A stretch of 64,000 bases of DNA, taken from the NCBI GenBank assembly GCA_024697645.1, contig JAILFH010000037.1:7338-71337 (forward strand), read 5' to 3'. The translations under genes and the position numbers were made by a program. The stretch comes from Prevotella sp. (GTDB lineage Bacteria; Bacteroidota; Bacteroidia; Bacteroidales; Bacteroidaceae). The notes under the pieces were generated by a model, which did no database searches, was not told the DNA's origin, and saw only the letters and a list, made by a program, of their open reading frames with translations. Shown here piece after piece: positions 29,351 through 38,313 of this stretch. Position 1 is the stretch's first letter. Each line of letters opens with the position of its first letter.

Positions 29351-32300
29351 ATGAAAAACTATTTACTAAACAAACCCAAATGGCTTGTATGGGTTGCAGC
29401 ATTTATAATGTCTGCCCTAACACTCCCACTACAAGCACAAAACGTGACCATTAAGGCCACGAATGGTAGTACTATTGCTGCCGTGAAACAAGGTGGTACG
29501 ACAGACTCTTTCTTTGCAGCAGGTGGTTTTGCAACTTGGCAACATGAACAATTGGCTATGGTGCTGACGGTCTCTGACGGAACTGCCCTGACACCTAACG
29601 GACAATTGGACAACCCTGCCAACAACCTCTTTACAGATGGAAGTTACGTGCAGATTGCCAAAGGTCGCGCCGATGGTGCAAATGTTTGCTATGTGTCACT
29701 GAGTTTGCCCAGTGGTTATCGTTTCACAGGTTATGAGATTAGTTTTAACAAACCATCTGATGTGTCCAAGGGAAGTGACATCTCTTTCAACACAAGTTAT
29801 ACCGAATCAACCTTTGGTGAGACAAACAGCACATTTGACACATACGCTACTTCTGCCTCAATTTATACTGGAGGAACAGCACAGACCATCTCCCGTACTG
29901 AGATGACCGAAGGCGAAATGAGTAACATTCTCTACTTCAAGTTAGAGAATCCTTCTAACAGACGCGCCCTGATTAATTTATTAAGCGCAGAGTTCTTCTT
30001 TACAGCCGAGGAAAGTTACACTCCTGTTATGCCAACAACTTCTGTGACATCTGTTAGCGCGGTAGACATTCCTTTCTCAACCAGTAAGGTAGACTATGGA
30101 AGTGTTCAAAACCGCTCATATACAATCAATGGCAGAACATATAACCGAATTAGCTACAGCTCTGCCAACGTGACTGACCTCTCTGCCAACTTCGTATTAT
30201 ACGAAGCCGAATCTATTGAAGATGGTACAGACATTGATGAAGTTCCTGGTAAAGTCGTGAAATACGATGCTGGAACTATTTCATCTGCAGGAGGATTCTT
30301 CAAATTGGGCCGTGAGAGTCAGGAGCAGATTTATTATTTAGAAACTCCTACTTTTGTTACTTTGTCCGATGGTACTAAGAATCCAGTGGGCTATCGTATT
30401 ACTGGTGCAGAGTTTGAATATAGTAGTTCATCTACATCAGGTGAAAATTCTTTCTACATATCATGTACATATAACGGTACGGTATATTATTTGAATACGG
30501 AAGGCCGTTTCACTACTACCCCAGTAGTCTGGGAAATTGATAGCGAGGGATACATTTCCAGCTCTGGCAATTATATTTATTGGAATAATAACTATGTAGC
30601 AACACAGACTACAAAGCCCGGTTCTTCTGAAAGATTTACCATTGCAGATAATGGACGTATTTATCAAACAGAATACACTAGGTACTATATTCGTTTCTAT
30701 GCTCAAGGTGACACTTATTATGGTTTAATAACTAATGATAATTATGGTGAATATGCAATAGCTGAAGAGATTCCTGTAACAAACGTTGGTGATTATACAC
30801 TTAAAATTTATGATAAGACAGGTACCACCTCTCAGAATATCACTGTGAACAGTGAGAACCCAAGTGGCAAGGTAAGCCTTACGGGTCTGAACAACGACGC
30901 TGTGAAGTTTGGCGTACAGGGTATTGGTCTTGTTCGCGCCACACTCACTTTACAGGCTCTCGACCCCTACCTCGACCATATGTCAGTAGTATGTCAGGAT
31001 AAAGTACAGACGGAGATTCGTCTGAGTCAGACTTTTACAGCAAGTGACTTCAGTGTTAGTGGTGGTGAGTTCTACTTCTACCTCCCCACCGATTGTGCTG
31101 GACATTCAGTTGCTATTACCTTCGAAGATCTCCAAAGTAAGTATTTCGATGAAACTTATACGGGCGGCAGCAGCAATCATACTTCGCGCATCAATTTTGT
31201 GAAGTCGGATCACTATAATGCCTTTGGTGCCTCACAAAACAAACTATATAATGATGTAGACGAGGCAGCCAATGCTCAGTTGGAACGACTGAAGGTAGGT
31301 ACTGTGGGTACTGCAGCATTCAAGTTTAACAATGCCGATGAGGTGGGTACCTCGGGTGGTACGCTTACTGAATACCCCTTCTCACTGGAGAATTATGCCG
31401 CTGCTCCTAACAATGGTGAGTTTACCAACATGGGATTCACCGTGTCAGAAGAAGATCAGAGCCTGACTCGTTACGTCTTCACTACAGACGAAACACGCTA
31501 CAACATTGCTCCTACAACAGCAGTTCAGCATCGTGCGTATGCCTTCTATGAGATGATTGTTCACGTGCAGACACAGACTTATGAGCCGAAGGTTAAATTC
31601 ACAAAGATTTACGACCCAACCCTCTATGGTACTGGCCAGACCGATGCTTTCTATGGCGCTAAGGTGACGGCCTATGATGGCAACACGCCTCCAAGGGCTG
31701 GTTACTCATCAACTACAGAGATCTTCAAGCACATTTCTAATGCCATTAAGAATGGTGTTGATGACTTCGGTAACACCGATGTGCCCAGCGATTCAAAGTA
31801 TATCCTCTATCTTGACTTTAGCGAGATGGCTGGTATCTATCAGACCACAGATTCCGAGCATGGTTCTATGGAAGACTTCTCGGCCACCAATGCCAAGAAT
31901 TGCCTAATTTTCATCCCAGTTGGTGCTTCTGCTCCGAACAACAATGTTGCCTATAAGATGGAGTCTGGTGGTTTCCACGCCGCACACGACATCGTGCTGA
32001 CAGACAAGGAACCATTCTATTCTCCTTACGACATCACCGTAGATGCAGCAAACAAGATTACATATAGCCGTCTGATTTCCAAGGATAGTTATGGTAAGGT
32101 TCAGAATGCTTCACTGATTATGCCATTCGCAGTTTCAGTTGACGGCGGTACGCACACCAACATCGACGGTTCAACCTTCTCATTGCACTATATGCAAGAA
32201 ACGGCAGCCCTGACTCAGATTGAAGGTAAAACCTATGCCTACTTCCCTGCTTTAGTCGATGTTACTACAACTAAGGCCAATACTCCTTATCTCGTGCAAC

Positions 32301-32833
32301 TGACTAAGAACAGCAGCGAAGATGGCGTTTCATTCGTCGTTACCCAGCCTGGTACAACCATCAAGGCTACTTCTGGAATGGGCAGTGATTACACATTCAC
32401 TGGTGCTACTTCAACAGGAACTGCTACTGAGGGAGACGCAGAGGGAACATACAACTTCACGAGTAAGGGAACCTACGCAGGTGCTAAGATTCCAAAAGCC
32501 GACAATGTATTCTACTTCGCAAAGAACCAGTTCGTGAATTCCGGTAATTTGGCCGAAGGATACAACTATGCTAACATTGCACCGTTCCGCGCTTACTTCG
32601 CCACATCGTCTTCTGGTGCTAAACTTTCTGCCTTCGATATCATCTTCGGTGAAGGTCAGGGCGACGTTCCGACAGGAATTCAGGCTGTTGATGCATCACA
32701 GTTCATCGATGTCAACGCACCTGTCTACGACCTGCAGGGACGCATGGTAGCACCTGCTTATCGCGAATTGGCTAGTAAGAAGTTGCAGAGTGGACTTTAC
32801 GTAGTTAACGGAGTAAAAATCATGATAAAGTAA
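29351..32833 (+). CDS. Module 1 large secreted protein with T9SS-type C-terminal domain, function unknown
   Basis: Signal peptide ..LPLQA/QNVTI; PFRAYF; CTD TGIQAVD..VYDLQGRMV..SGLYVVNGVKIMIK; paralogous to 33724 and 38314. Confidence 0.85.
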   Translation: MKNYLLNKPKWLVWVAAFIMSALTLPLQAQNVTIKATNGSTIAAVKQGGTTDSFFAAGGFATWQHEQLAMVLTVSDGTALTPNGQLDNPANNLFTDGSYVQIAKGRADGANVCYVSLSLPSGYRFTGYEISFNKPSDVSKGSDISFNTSYTESTFGETNSTFDTYATSASIYTGGTAQTISRTEMTEGEMSNILYFKLENPSNRRALINLLSAEFFFTAEESYTPVMPTTSVTSVSAVDIPFSTSKVDYGSVQNRSYTINGRTYNRISYSSANVTDLSANFVLYEAESIEDGTDIDEVPGKVVKYDAGTISSAGGFFKLGRESQEQIYYLETPTFVTLSDGTKNPVGYRITGAEFEYSSSSTSGENSFYISCTYNGTVYYLNTEGRFTTTPVVWEIDSEGYISSSGNYIYWNNNYVATQTTKPGSSERFTIADNGRIYQTEYTRYYIRFYAQGDTYYGLITNDNYGEYAIAEEIPVTNVGDYTLKIYDKTGTTSQNITVNSENPSGKVSLTGLNNDAVKFGVQGIGLVRATLTLQALDPYLDHMSVVCQDKVQTEIRLSQTFTASDFSVSGGEFYFYLPTDCAGHSVAITFEDLQSKYFDETYTGGSSNHTSRINFVKSDHYNAFGASQNKLYNDVDEAANAQLERLKVGTVGTAAFKFNNADEVGTSGGTLTEYPFSLENYAAAPNNGEFTNMGFTVSEEDQSLTRYVFTTDETRYNIAPTTAVQHRAYAFYEMIVHVQTQTYEPKVKFTKIYDPTLYGTGQTDAFYGAKVTAYDGNTPPRAGYSSTTEIFKHISNAIKNGVDDFGNTDVPSDSKYILYLDFSEMAGIYQTTDSEHGSMEDFSATNAKNCLIFIPVGASAPNNNVAYKMESGGFHAAHDIVLTDKEPFYSPYDITVDAANKITYSRLISKDSYGKVQNASLIMPFAVSVDGGTHTNIDGSTFSLHYMQETAALTQIEGKTYAYFPALVDVTTTKANTPYLVQLTKNSSEDGVSFVVTQPGTTIKATSGMGSDYTFTGATSTGTATEGDAEGTYNFTSKGTYAGAKIPKADNVFYFAKNQFVNSGNLAEGYNYANIAPFRAYFATSSSGAKLSAFDIIFGEGQGDVPTGIQAVDASQFIDVNAPVYDLQGRMVAPAYRELASKKLQSGLYVVNGVKIMIK

Positions 32834-32846
32834 GGAGGAAAACGAT

Positions 32847-33035
32847 ATGAAAAAAGTGTATATTAGTCCCGCTATTGAAATCGTCGCCTCACGACTGAAT
32901 CAACAAGTAATGCAAGGTCACAGTTTTGACTGGGCCGACGCCAAGGGAGATCCCATGGGCGGAGGCGGCGGTGGCGGAATGGTCATCACCAACGGCCAGA
33001 TGGAAGGTTCAAGCCCCAACATCTGGGAAGATTAA
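32847..33035 (+). CDS. Module 1 Gly-rich peptide with MKKxYxxP leader (62 aa)
   Basis: GGAGG 8 nt upstream of ATG; conserved in three copies with an in-frame indel. Confidence 0.8.
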   Translation: MKKVYISPAIEIVASRLNQQVMQGHSFDWADAKGDPMGGGGGGGMVITNGQMEGSSPNIWED

Positions 33036-33058
33036 CAACTCCAAAACATTGAGTGTCT

Positions 33059-33340
33059 ATGCGCGACAAAGCATTTCTCATCCTATGCACACTGCTGCTG
33101 ATACTGCTGTTCTTCTATTCTTCATCGAATGACGACAGTATTGCATCACCAGACATGCCCAGTGCCAACAATACGTCGTGGTTCGACCGACTTCTCGGTA
33201 ACGATGACGAGACCGCCGGCTTCGGTGAAGCAGGAGGTGGCGGCGGAGGGTTCTTCTTCAGTTCTTTCTACGGAGGAGTGGAGTTTCGCTTCAAGGTGAA
33301 GGACTACCGTGCATGGAACGACGACGATTTGTCGGAATAG
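33059..33340 (+). CDS. Module 1 single-TM Gly-rich microprotein (93 aa)
   Basis: Three copies differ mostly at synonymous sites; ATG at 33059. Confidence 0.8.
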   Translation: MRDKAFLILCTLLLILLFFYSSSNDDSIASPDMPSANNTSWFDRLLGNDDETAGFGEAGGGGGGFFFSSFYGGVEFRFKVKDYRAWNDDDLSE

Positions 33341-33357
33341 ACAAACTATACAAATGC

Positions 33358-33397
33358 AAGGAGCGGTGGGCCATTAGGCTCGCCGCTCTTTCTGTTT
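33358..33397 (+). terminator. Module 1 intrinsic terminator
   Basis: gagcggtgggcc-atta-ggctcgccgctc then tttctgttt. Confidence 0.8.
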
Positions 33398-33525
33398 AAA
33401 AACTTCCCAAACTTCCATACAAAAAAAATGACAACATTTAGCAATTAACCTATTGAAAGAACTTTATATCAATCACATTGTACTTATTGTTATAATTTTG
33501 CAACAAATATAACAAAATTAAACTT

Positions 33526-33591
33526 TTTTGTCCCTAAAACGAATATTTTTAAAGAAAAACTTGGAGATTTGGGATAAATTAGTTATTTTTG
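33526..33591 (+). promoter_or_regulatory. Promoter of module 2 with upstream 14-bp quasi-palindrome
   Basis: TTTTGTCCCTAAAA 33526-39; TTG 33561-63; TATTTTTG 33584-91. Confidence 0.65.
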
Positions 33592-33723
33592 TGCCAAATT
33601 ATATGCTTTGCATACATTGACACATTCTAATTCGAGACAAGACTAATTCAAGTTATTTACTTATTAGTTCTTCAATCATAGTTATTTACAAACATAATTC
33701 CAAATTTAATTAAAATAGAGTTT

Positions 33724-36700
33724 ATGAAAAATTATTTACTAAACAAACCCAAATGGCTTGTATGGGTTGCAGCATTTTTGATGTCTGCCCTTACACTCCC
33801 ATTACAAGCCCAAAACGTGACGATCCGCCCGGACAATGGTAGCCTTATTACTGGTCAGGCTGGTGGTAACACCGGAGACTCAGGTATTGGAAGAGGAATG
33901 TCTTCCATGTGGCGTCATGAGCAATTGCCCTTGATGATGACCACATCTGACATTGCCAACCTCACATCTGCCGGAGAACTGGCAGACCCCTCATGTGCTA
34001 TCGATGTGTACAATGGAAATCTGATCATTGGTGCTGGTCAGACTCAGACTTTCATGGTTGTGTCCTTGCCCAAAGGTTACCGCATCACTGGTTACACGCT
34101 GGTATTGCAGCCAAATGTCTATGGTAACAATATCCAGTTACATACTGGTAAGGATTCTTGGAATATCGGAACAGATGATCAGATGAGTTTCTATGAGACT
34201 CCTGCTTGGAGTTCTGGTAATCCATATATTAGACCTAATGGCACTGGCAATGACCTCAATACACATTGTACTTTGTTGGATCTTGACGAATATGATTATT
34301 CATACTATGCTGTTGCCACCGCCTCTGATGGCAGCACTGTAATGCAAAACAACAATGCAACTAACAGAGCCAAGGAATTTGTCATTTCACGTACCAGCCA
34401 GACTGAGACTGATATGACCAACCAACTTCACTTCTTCTTCGCCAGAGCATCAAGTCAATATGCTGTCACCATCAAGTCGTTTGAAATTCAGTTCACGGCT
34501 GAGGGAACTTTCAATGCAGAATTGACTCCTTCTGCTTCCGGACCGGCTGTTAGTATGGTTCAGTCCCCATTCTCAACAAGTAAGATGGATGTAGGTGCCA
34601 TAACCCTACAAAACGGCCTCTATACTTATGACTATACTGGTGTACGTGACCTTATTGCCTACAACTGGATATACCAAGACGATGCTATTAATGCAGGTAA
34701 GCCAGCCGATGTAGCAGTTAATAAGAATATTTATCCTGTTGTGGTTGACGGGAAGGGAGTATTTGCCTATGGTAATGACACCTATTTCGTTGAACCGCCC
34801 ACCACGATTACAACTGCTTCTGGCTGGGAATCACCCATTGGTTTCAGAGTTGTTGGCGCCCAGTTCGACTATCAGTGGGGTACACAAACAGCAGGTGGAA
34901 CCGTAACAATCGCGAATGGATACCGGATATCGGTAACACGGGATGGTACCACGTATTATTTGAATGACAATTTGGATTTCGTTAATGTCAATCAGAATAA
35001 TGCATTCGTATGGCAGATGGACGATTTAGGCAATCTCTATACTGGTACTGATTATAAAAGATACCTTGCCTGCTTTGGTAGTGGTAATGAGCGAGTACTC
35101 TCTTTAGGTTCTGCTGCATCTGGTGCCGAGGCAACTTGGAATCTGAGGGTAGCCGACAATGGTGATGTTTATTATCTTAGCGATGGTGGCAATACCTATT
35201 ATCTAAACTATCACTACATTCAGGAAGGATCAGCCTATCACTTAAGAGGCTATGTTACGAATGGTGCTACTACAAATCTGGCAACTGCCACTTCAACAGG
35301 TGGAACACATTCTGTTGAAGTACCTTCATTTACTCCTGGCGCCTATACGCTGAAGATATATGGTACAGATAAGAATACCGTGGTTAAGACTGTTACAGTA
35401 AACAGTGCCGCCGATGCAGGAACCTATCAACTGCTTGGTATTAACAACGATGCCGTGAAGTTTGTAATTGAAGGTCTTGAGGGAAACACTCAGGCCTTGG
35501 TGAATGTTTCATTGCAGTTGGAGGCTTTGGATCCTTATATTAACAGTATGGATATTGTCTGCCAAAGTGAGAAGGATGCCCAAGGCAAGCAACTGGAACT
35601 CATCCAGACGTTCACAGCCAATGACTTCTCAGTGAGTGGCGGTAAGTTCATCTTCTATATTCCGACGGACTATAGCAATCATGATTTAACCTTCACCTTC
35701 CGCGACCTCTTCAGCCAATATGGTGATGTAACCTATGGAGGAACAGGCAATGCACGCTATAGTTTTGTAACATCGCCATACTTTGAAACGGTTGATGGTA
35801 ATGGTGATAATGGTCTGTACGATTCAGGCTATGATCCAAATCATGCTTGCACAGATAAGATCTACACGGGAGTGGCTGGTAACATCCGCTTCAAGTTCAA
35901 CAACGCGGAAGAACTTACAGGCAGCGGTACTGGTACGAAAACACTGCAGGAGTACCCATTCTCTGTGTCAACTTATCTCGGCTCTACTGACCCCGATGGC
36001 AGTAGCAAGACCGGAGCGTTTTCAGATATTGTTATGAATGCCTCTAAGGAGGATCAGAAGAGTGGTATATATTATGTGTTTACTGCTGATGAAACCCGTT
36101 ACAATATTGCTCCCACAACTGCACTGGAGCATCGTAGTTACGCATTCTATCGCATGGATATTGAATTGGTTGCAAGACAATATACACCAAGTTTAGAGTG
36201 GAAAAAAGTCTATGATGTGACTTGCTATGCTGACCAGGATGAATCCGGCAAGGATATCGAAGCCAACAAGTCGATGTGGGGATTAACCCTGAGAGCAAAG
36301 GATACAGATGGTACTTATCCGGAAAGCGGCGGTTACCTTTCTGTAAAGGAGATTATGGATGCCTTCAATGGAGTTGAGACTCAGGCTCATGATGGTCCTA
36401 CCATTGGACAAGAAGGTGCCCCAGAATCGGCAGACCAGATTCTCTATGTTGATGGTAGCCTGTTGTCTACAATAGTTGCTAGTTCAGGTTACGATTTGGT
36501 AAGTCTGAGAGACGCACTTGCAAAGAATGTGCTGATCTACTTGCCGGAGAACATGACCTCGACAGCCGACAACTTTGCCTATAAGACAGCAAGTGGTTCG
36601 TTCATGGCAGGTAAGAACATTGTACTGACCGACCGCAAGCCTTTCTATGCTCCCTATGATATTCAGGTGCAGGCTGCTCCTAACAACATCACCTATACCC

Positions 36701-37461
36701 GCGATATCACTTGGCAGACCAATGGTCAGGTTACCAATGCTTCTATCATCGTTCCGTTCGAGATTGCAGTCGATGCAAATGGCGTGCATAGTGACAGTGA
36801 TGGCAATAAGTTCTCCGTTCATCAGATTCAGACTTCTGGTAGTTGTTTGAGCAATAACCCACTTACAGAAGACGACTATATCCACGTGCTCCCGCTTGTA
36901 GGCATGACGAAGACTGTTCCTAATGTTCCTTATGTTGTGAAAGTTGAAAGCGTGGCATCTGCCACGGGATCTACTCCTTCATTCATAGTGAAACAGACAG
37001 GTGCTCTGCTGAAGGCCACCAGTGGTATGGACGCCAACTATGAGTTCGCTGGAACTGCTGGTACTGGTATTGATGACAAGTCTTCAGTAACCTTCACTCC
37101 CACGGGTTCATTCTCAGGAAAGTTGCTTGCCAAGGCCAGCAATAACGTCTACTATTTCGCACACAATATGTTCCTTGACATTCAGACTCTGAACAGGGCT
37201 AATCTGTACGTTTACCCATTCCGTGCTTACTTCAGAACTAGTGGCGGTTCTAGTGCTAAGAGTCTGAACATCTTCTACGGAGAGAATTTCGACACAACGG
37301 GCATTAATACCGTTGAGGAAGAACCTGTAATGGTAGACCCGAATGCACCGGTCTATGATATTTACGGACGTATGGTTGCGACCACTGTTCGCGAGATTGC
37401 CGGCAAGAATCTGCCACGAGGCATCTATGTAGTTAAGGGTATTAAGTTTAATGTTAAATAA
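33724..37461 (+). CDS. Module 2 large secreted protein with T9SS-type C-terminal domain, function unknown
   Basis: Signal peptide nearly identical to module 1; PFRAYF; CTD TGINTVE..VYDIYGRMV..RGIYVVKGIKFNVK. Confidence 0.85.
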   Translation: MKNYLLNKPKWLVWVAAFLMSALTLPLQAQNVTIRPDNGSLITGQAGGNTGDSGIGRGMSSMWRHEQLPLMMTTSDIANLTSAGELADPSCAIDVYNGNLIIGAGQTQTFMVVSLPKGYRITGYTLVLQPNVYGNNIQLHTGKDSWNIGTDDQMSFYETPAWSSGNPYIRPNGTGNDLNTHCTLLDLDEYDYSYYAVATASDGSTVMQNNNATNRAKEFVISRTSQTETDMTNQLHFFFARASSQYAVTIKSFEIQFTAEGTFNAELTPSASGPAVSMVQSPFSTSKMDVGAITLQNGLYTYDYTGVRDLIAYNWIYQDDAINAGKPADVAVNKNIYPVVVDGKGVFAYGNDTYFVEPPTTITTASGWESPIGFRVVGAQFDYQWGTQTAGGTVTIANGYRISVTRDGTTYYLNDNLDFVNVNQNNAFVWQMDDLGNLYTGTDYKRYLACFGSGNERVLSLGSAASGAEATWNLRVADNGDVYYLSDGGNTYYLNYHYIQEGSAYHLRGYVTNGATTNLATATSTGGTHSVEVPSFTPGAYTLKIYGTDKNTVVKTVTVNSAADAGTYQLLGINNDAVKFVIEGLEGNTQALVNVSLQLEALDPYINSMDIVCQSEKDAQGKQLELIQTFTANDFSVSGGKFIFYIPTDYSNHDLTFTFRDLFSQYGDVTYGGTGNARYSFVTSPYFETVDGNGDNGLYDSGYDPNHACTDKIYTGVAGNIRFKFNNAEELTGSGTGTKTLQEYPFSVSTYLGSTDPDGSSKTGAFSDIVMNASKEDQKSGIYYVFTADETRYNIAPTTALEHRSYAFYRMDIELVARQYTPSLEWKKVYDVTCYADQDESGKDIEANKSMWGLTLRAKDTDGTYPESGGYLSVKEIMDAFNGVETQAHDGPTIGQEGAPESADQILYVDGSLLSTIVASSGYDLVSLRDALAKNVLIYLPENMTSTADNFAYKTASGSFMAGKNIVLTDRKPFYAPYDIQVQAAPNNITYTRDITWQTNGQVTNASIIVPFEIAVDANGVHSDSDGNKFSVHQIQTSGSCLSNNPLTEDDYIHVLPLVGMTKTVPNVPYVVKVESVASATGSTPSFIVKQTGALLKATSGMDANYEFAGTAGTGIDDKSSVTFTPTGSFSGKLLAKASNNVYYFAHNMFLDIQTLNRANLYVYPFRAYFRTSGGSSAKSLNIFYGENFDTTGINTVEEEPVMVDPNAPVYDIYGRMVATTVREIAGKNLPRGIYVVKGIKFNVK

Positions 37462-37476
37462 GGGAGGGCCACTCAT

Positions 37477-37662
37477 ATGAAAGCAGTTTATCAGAAGCCG
37501 CTCACAGAAGTGGTAGAATATAAGAACGAGAAGTTTTTCATGATTCAGTCGTACGATCACGCTGACTCTAAGGGCTATCCCATGGGCGGAAGCGGTGGTG
37601 GCGGCATGGTCATCACCAACGGCCAGATGGAAGATTCCAGTCCCAACATCTGGGAAGATTAA
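37477..37662 (+). CDS. Module 2 Gly-rich peptide with MKAxYxxP leader (61 aa)
   Basis: GGAGG 9 nt upstream; C-terminal half nearly identical to copies 1 and 3. Confidence 0.8.
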   Translation: MKAVYQKPLTEVVEYKNEKFFMIQSYDHADSKGYPMGGSGGGGMVITNGQMEDSSPNIWED

Positions 37663-37685
37663 CAACTCTAAAACATTGAGTGTCT

Positions 37686-37967
37686 ATGCGCGACAAAGCA
37701 TTTCTCATCGTGTGCACACTGCTGCTGATACTGCTGTTTTTCTATTCTTCATCGAATGATGACAGCATCGCATCACCAGACATACCCAGTGCCAATAACA
37801 CGTCGTGGTTCGACCGACTTCTCGGCAACGATGACGAGACCGCCGGCTTCGGTGAAGCAGGAGGTGGTGGCGGAGGGTTCTTCTTCAGTTCTTTCTACGG
37901 AGGAGTGGAGTTTCGCTTCAAGGTGAAGGACTACCGTGCGTGGAACGACGACGATCTGTCGGAATAG
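37686..37967 (+). CDS. Module 2 single-TM Gly-rich microprotein (93 aa)
   Basis: 10 synonymous versus 2 replacement codon differences to copy 1 (hand count). Confidence 0.8.
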   Translation: MRDKAFLIVCTLLLILLFFYSSSNDDSIASPDIPSANNTSWFDRLLGNDDETAGFGEAGGGGGGFFFSSFYGGVEFRFKVKDYRAWNDDDLSE

Positions 37968-37984
37968 ACAAACTATACAACTGC

Positions 37985-38024
37985 AAGGAGCGGTGGGCCA
38001 TTGGGCTCGCCGCTCTTTCTATTT
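37985..38024 (+). terminator. Module 2 intrinsic terminator
   Basis: gagcggtgggcc-attg-ggctcgccgctc then tttctattt. Confidence 0.8.
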
Positions 38025-38148
38025 ATACATATCTTAACCACGCAAAAATGTTTACATACTATGAACCTAAAACTATTAGGAAACCTTAATATTTTTCATA
38101 CCATATCAACAATTACTTTCTAACAGCAAACATAACATATTAGAACAT

Positions 38149-38214
38149 TTTTAGGCACAAAACGAACATTTATCAATAAAAACTTGCATTTTTCAAATAA
38201 ATTTCTTACTTTTG
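38149..38214 (+). promoter_or_regulatory. Promoter of module 3 with upstream 14-bp quasi-palindrome
   Basis: TTTTAGGCACAAAA 38149-62; TTG 38184-86; TACTTTTG 38207-14. Confidence 0.65.
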
Positions 38215-38313
38215 CACCATATTTATATGATGCGATTATTTTAAGGTTCATTTAAGGCTCTTTTTTAGACAAGAATAAAATCAAAACATCTCTACAATTT
38301 TAAAACAGATTTT

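Noticed and set aside
33400-33720. Invertible (phase-variable) promoters in front of the modules
   Set aside because: No inverted-repeat pair flanking the -33/-7 boxes and no recombinase seen; all three promoters face their genes
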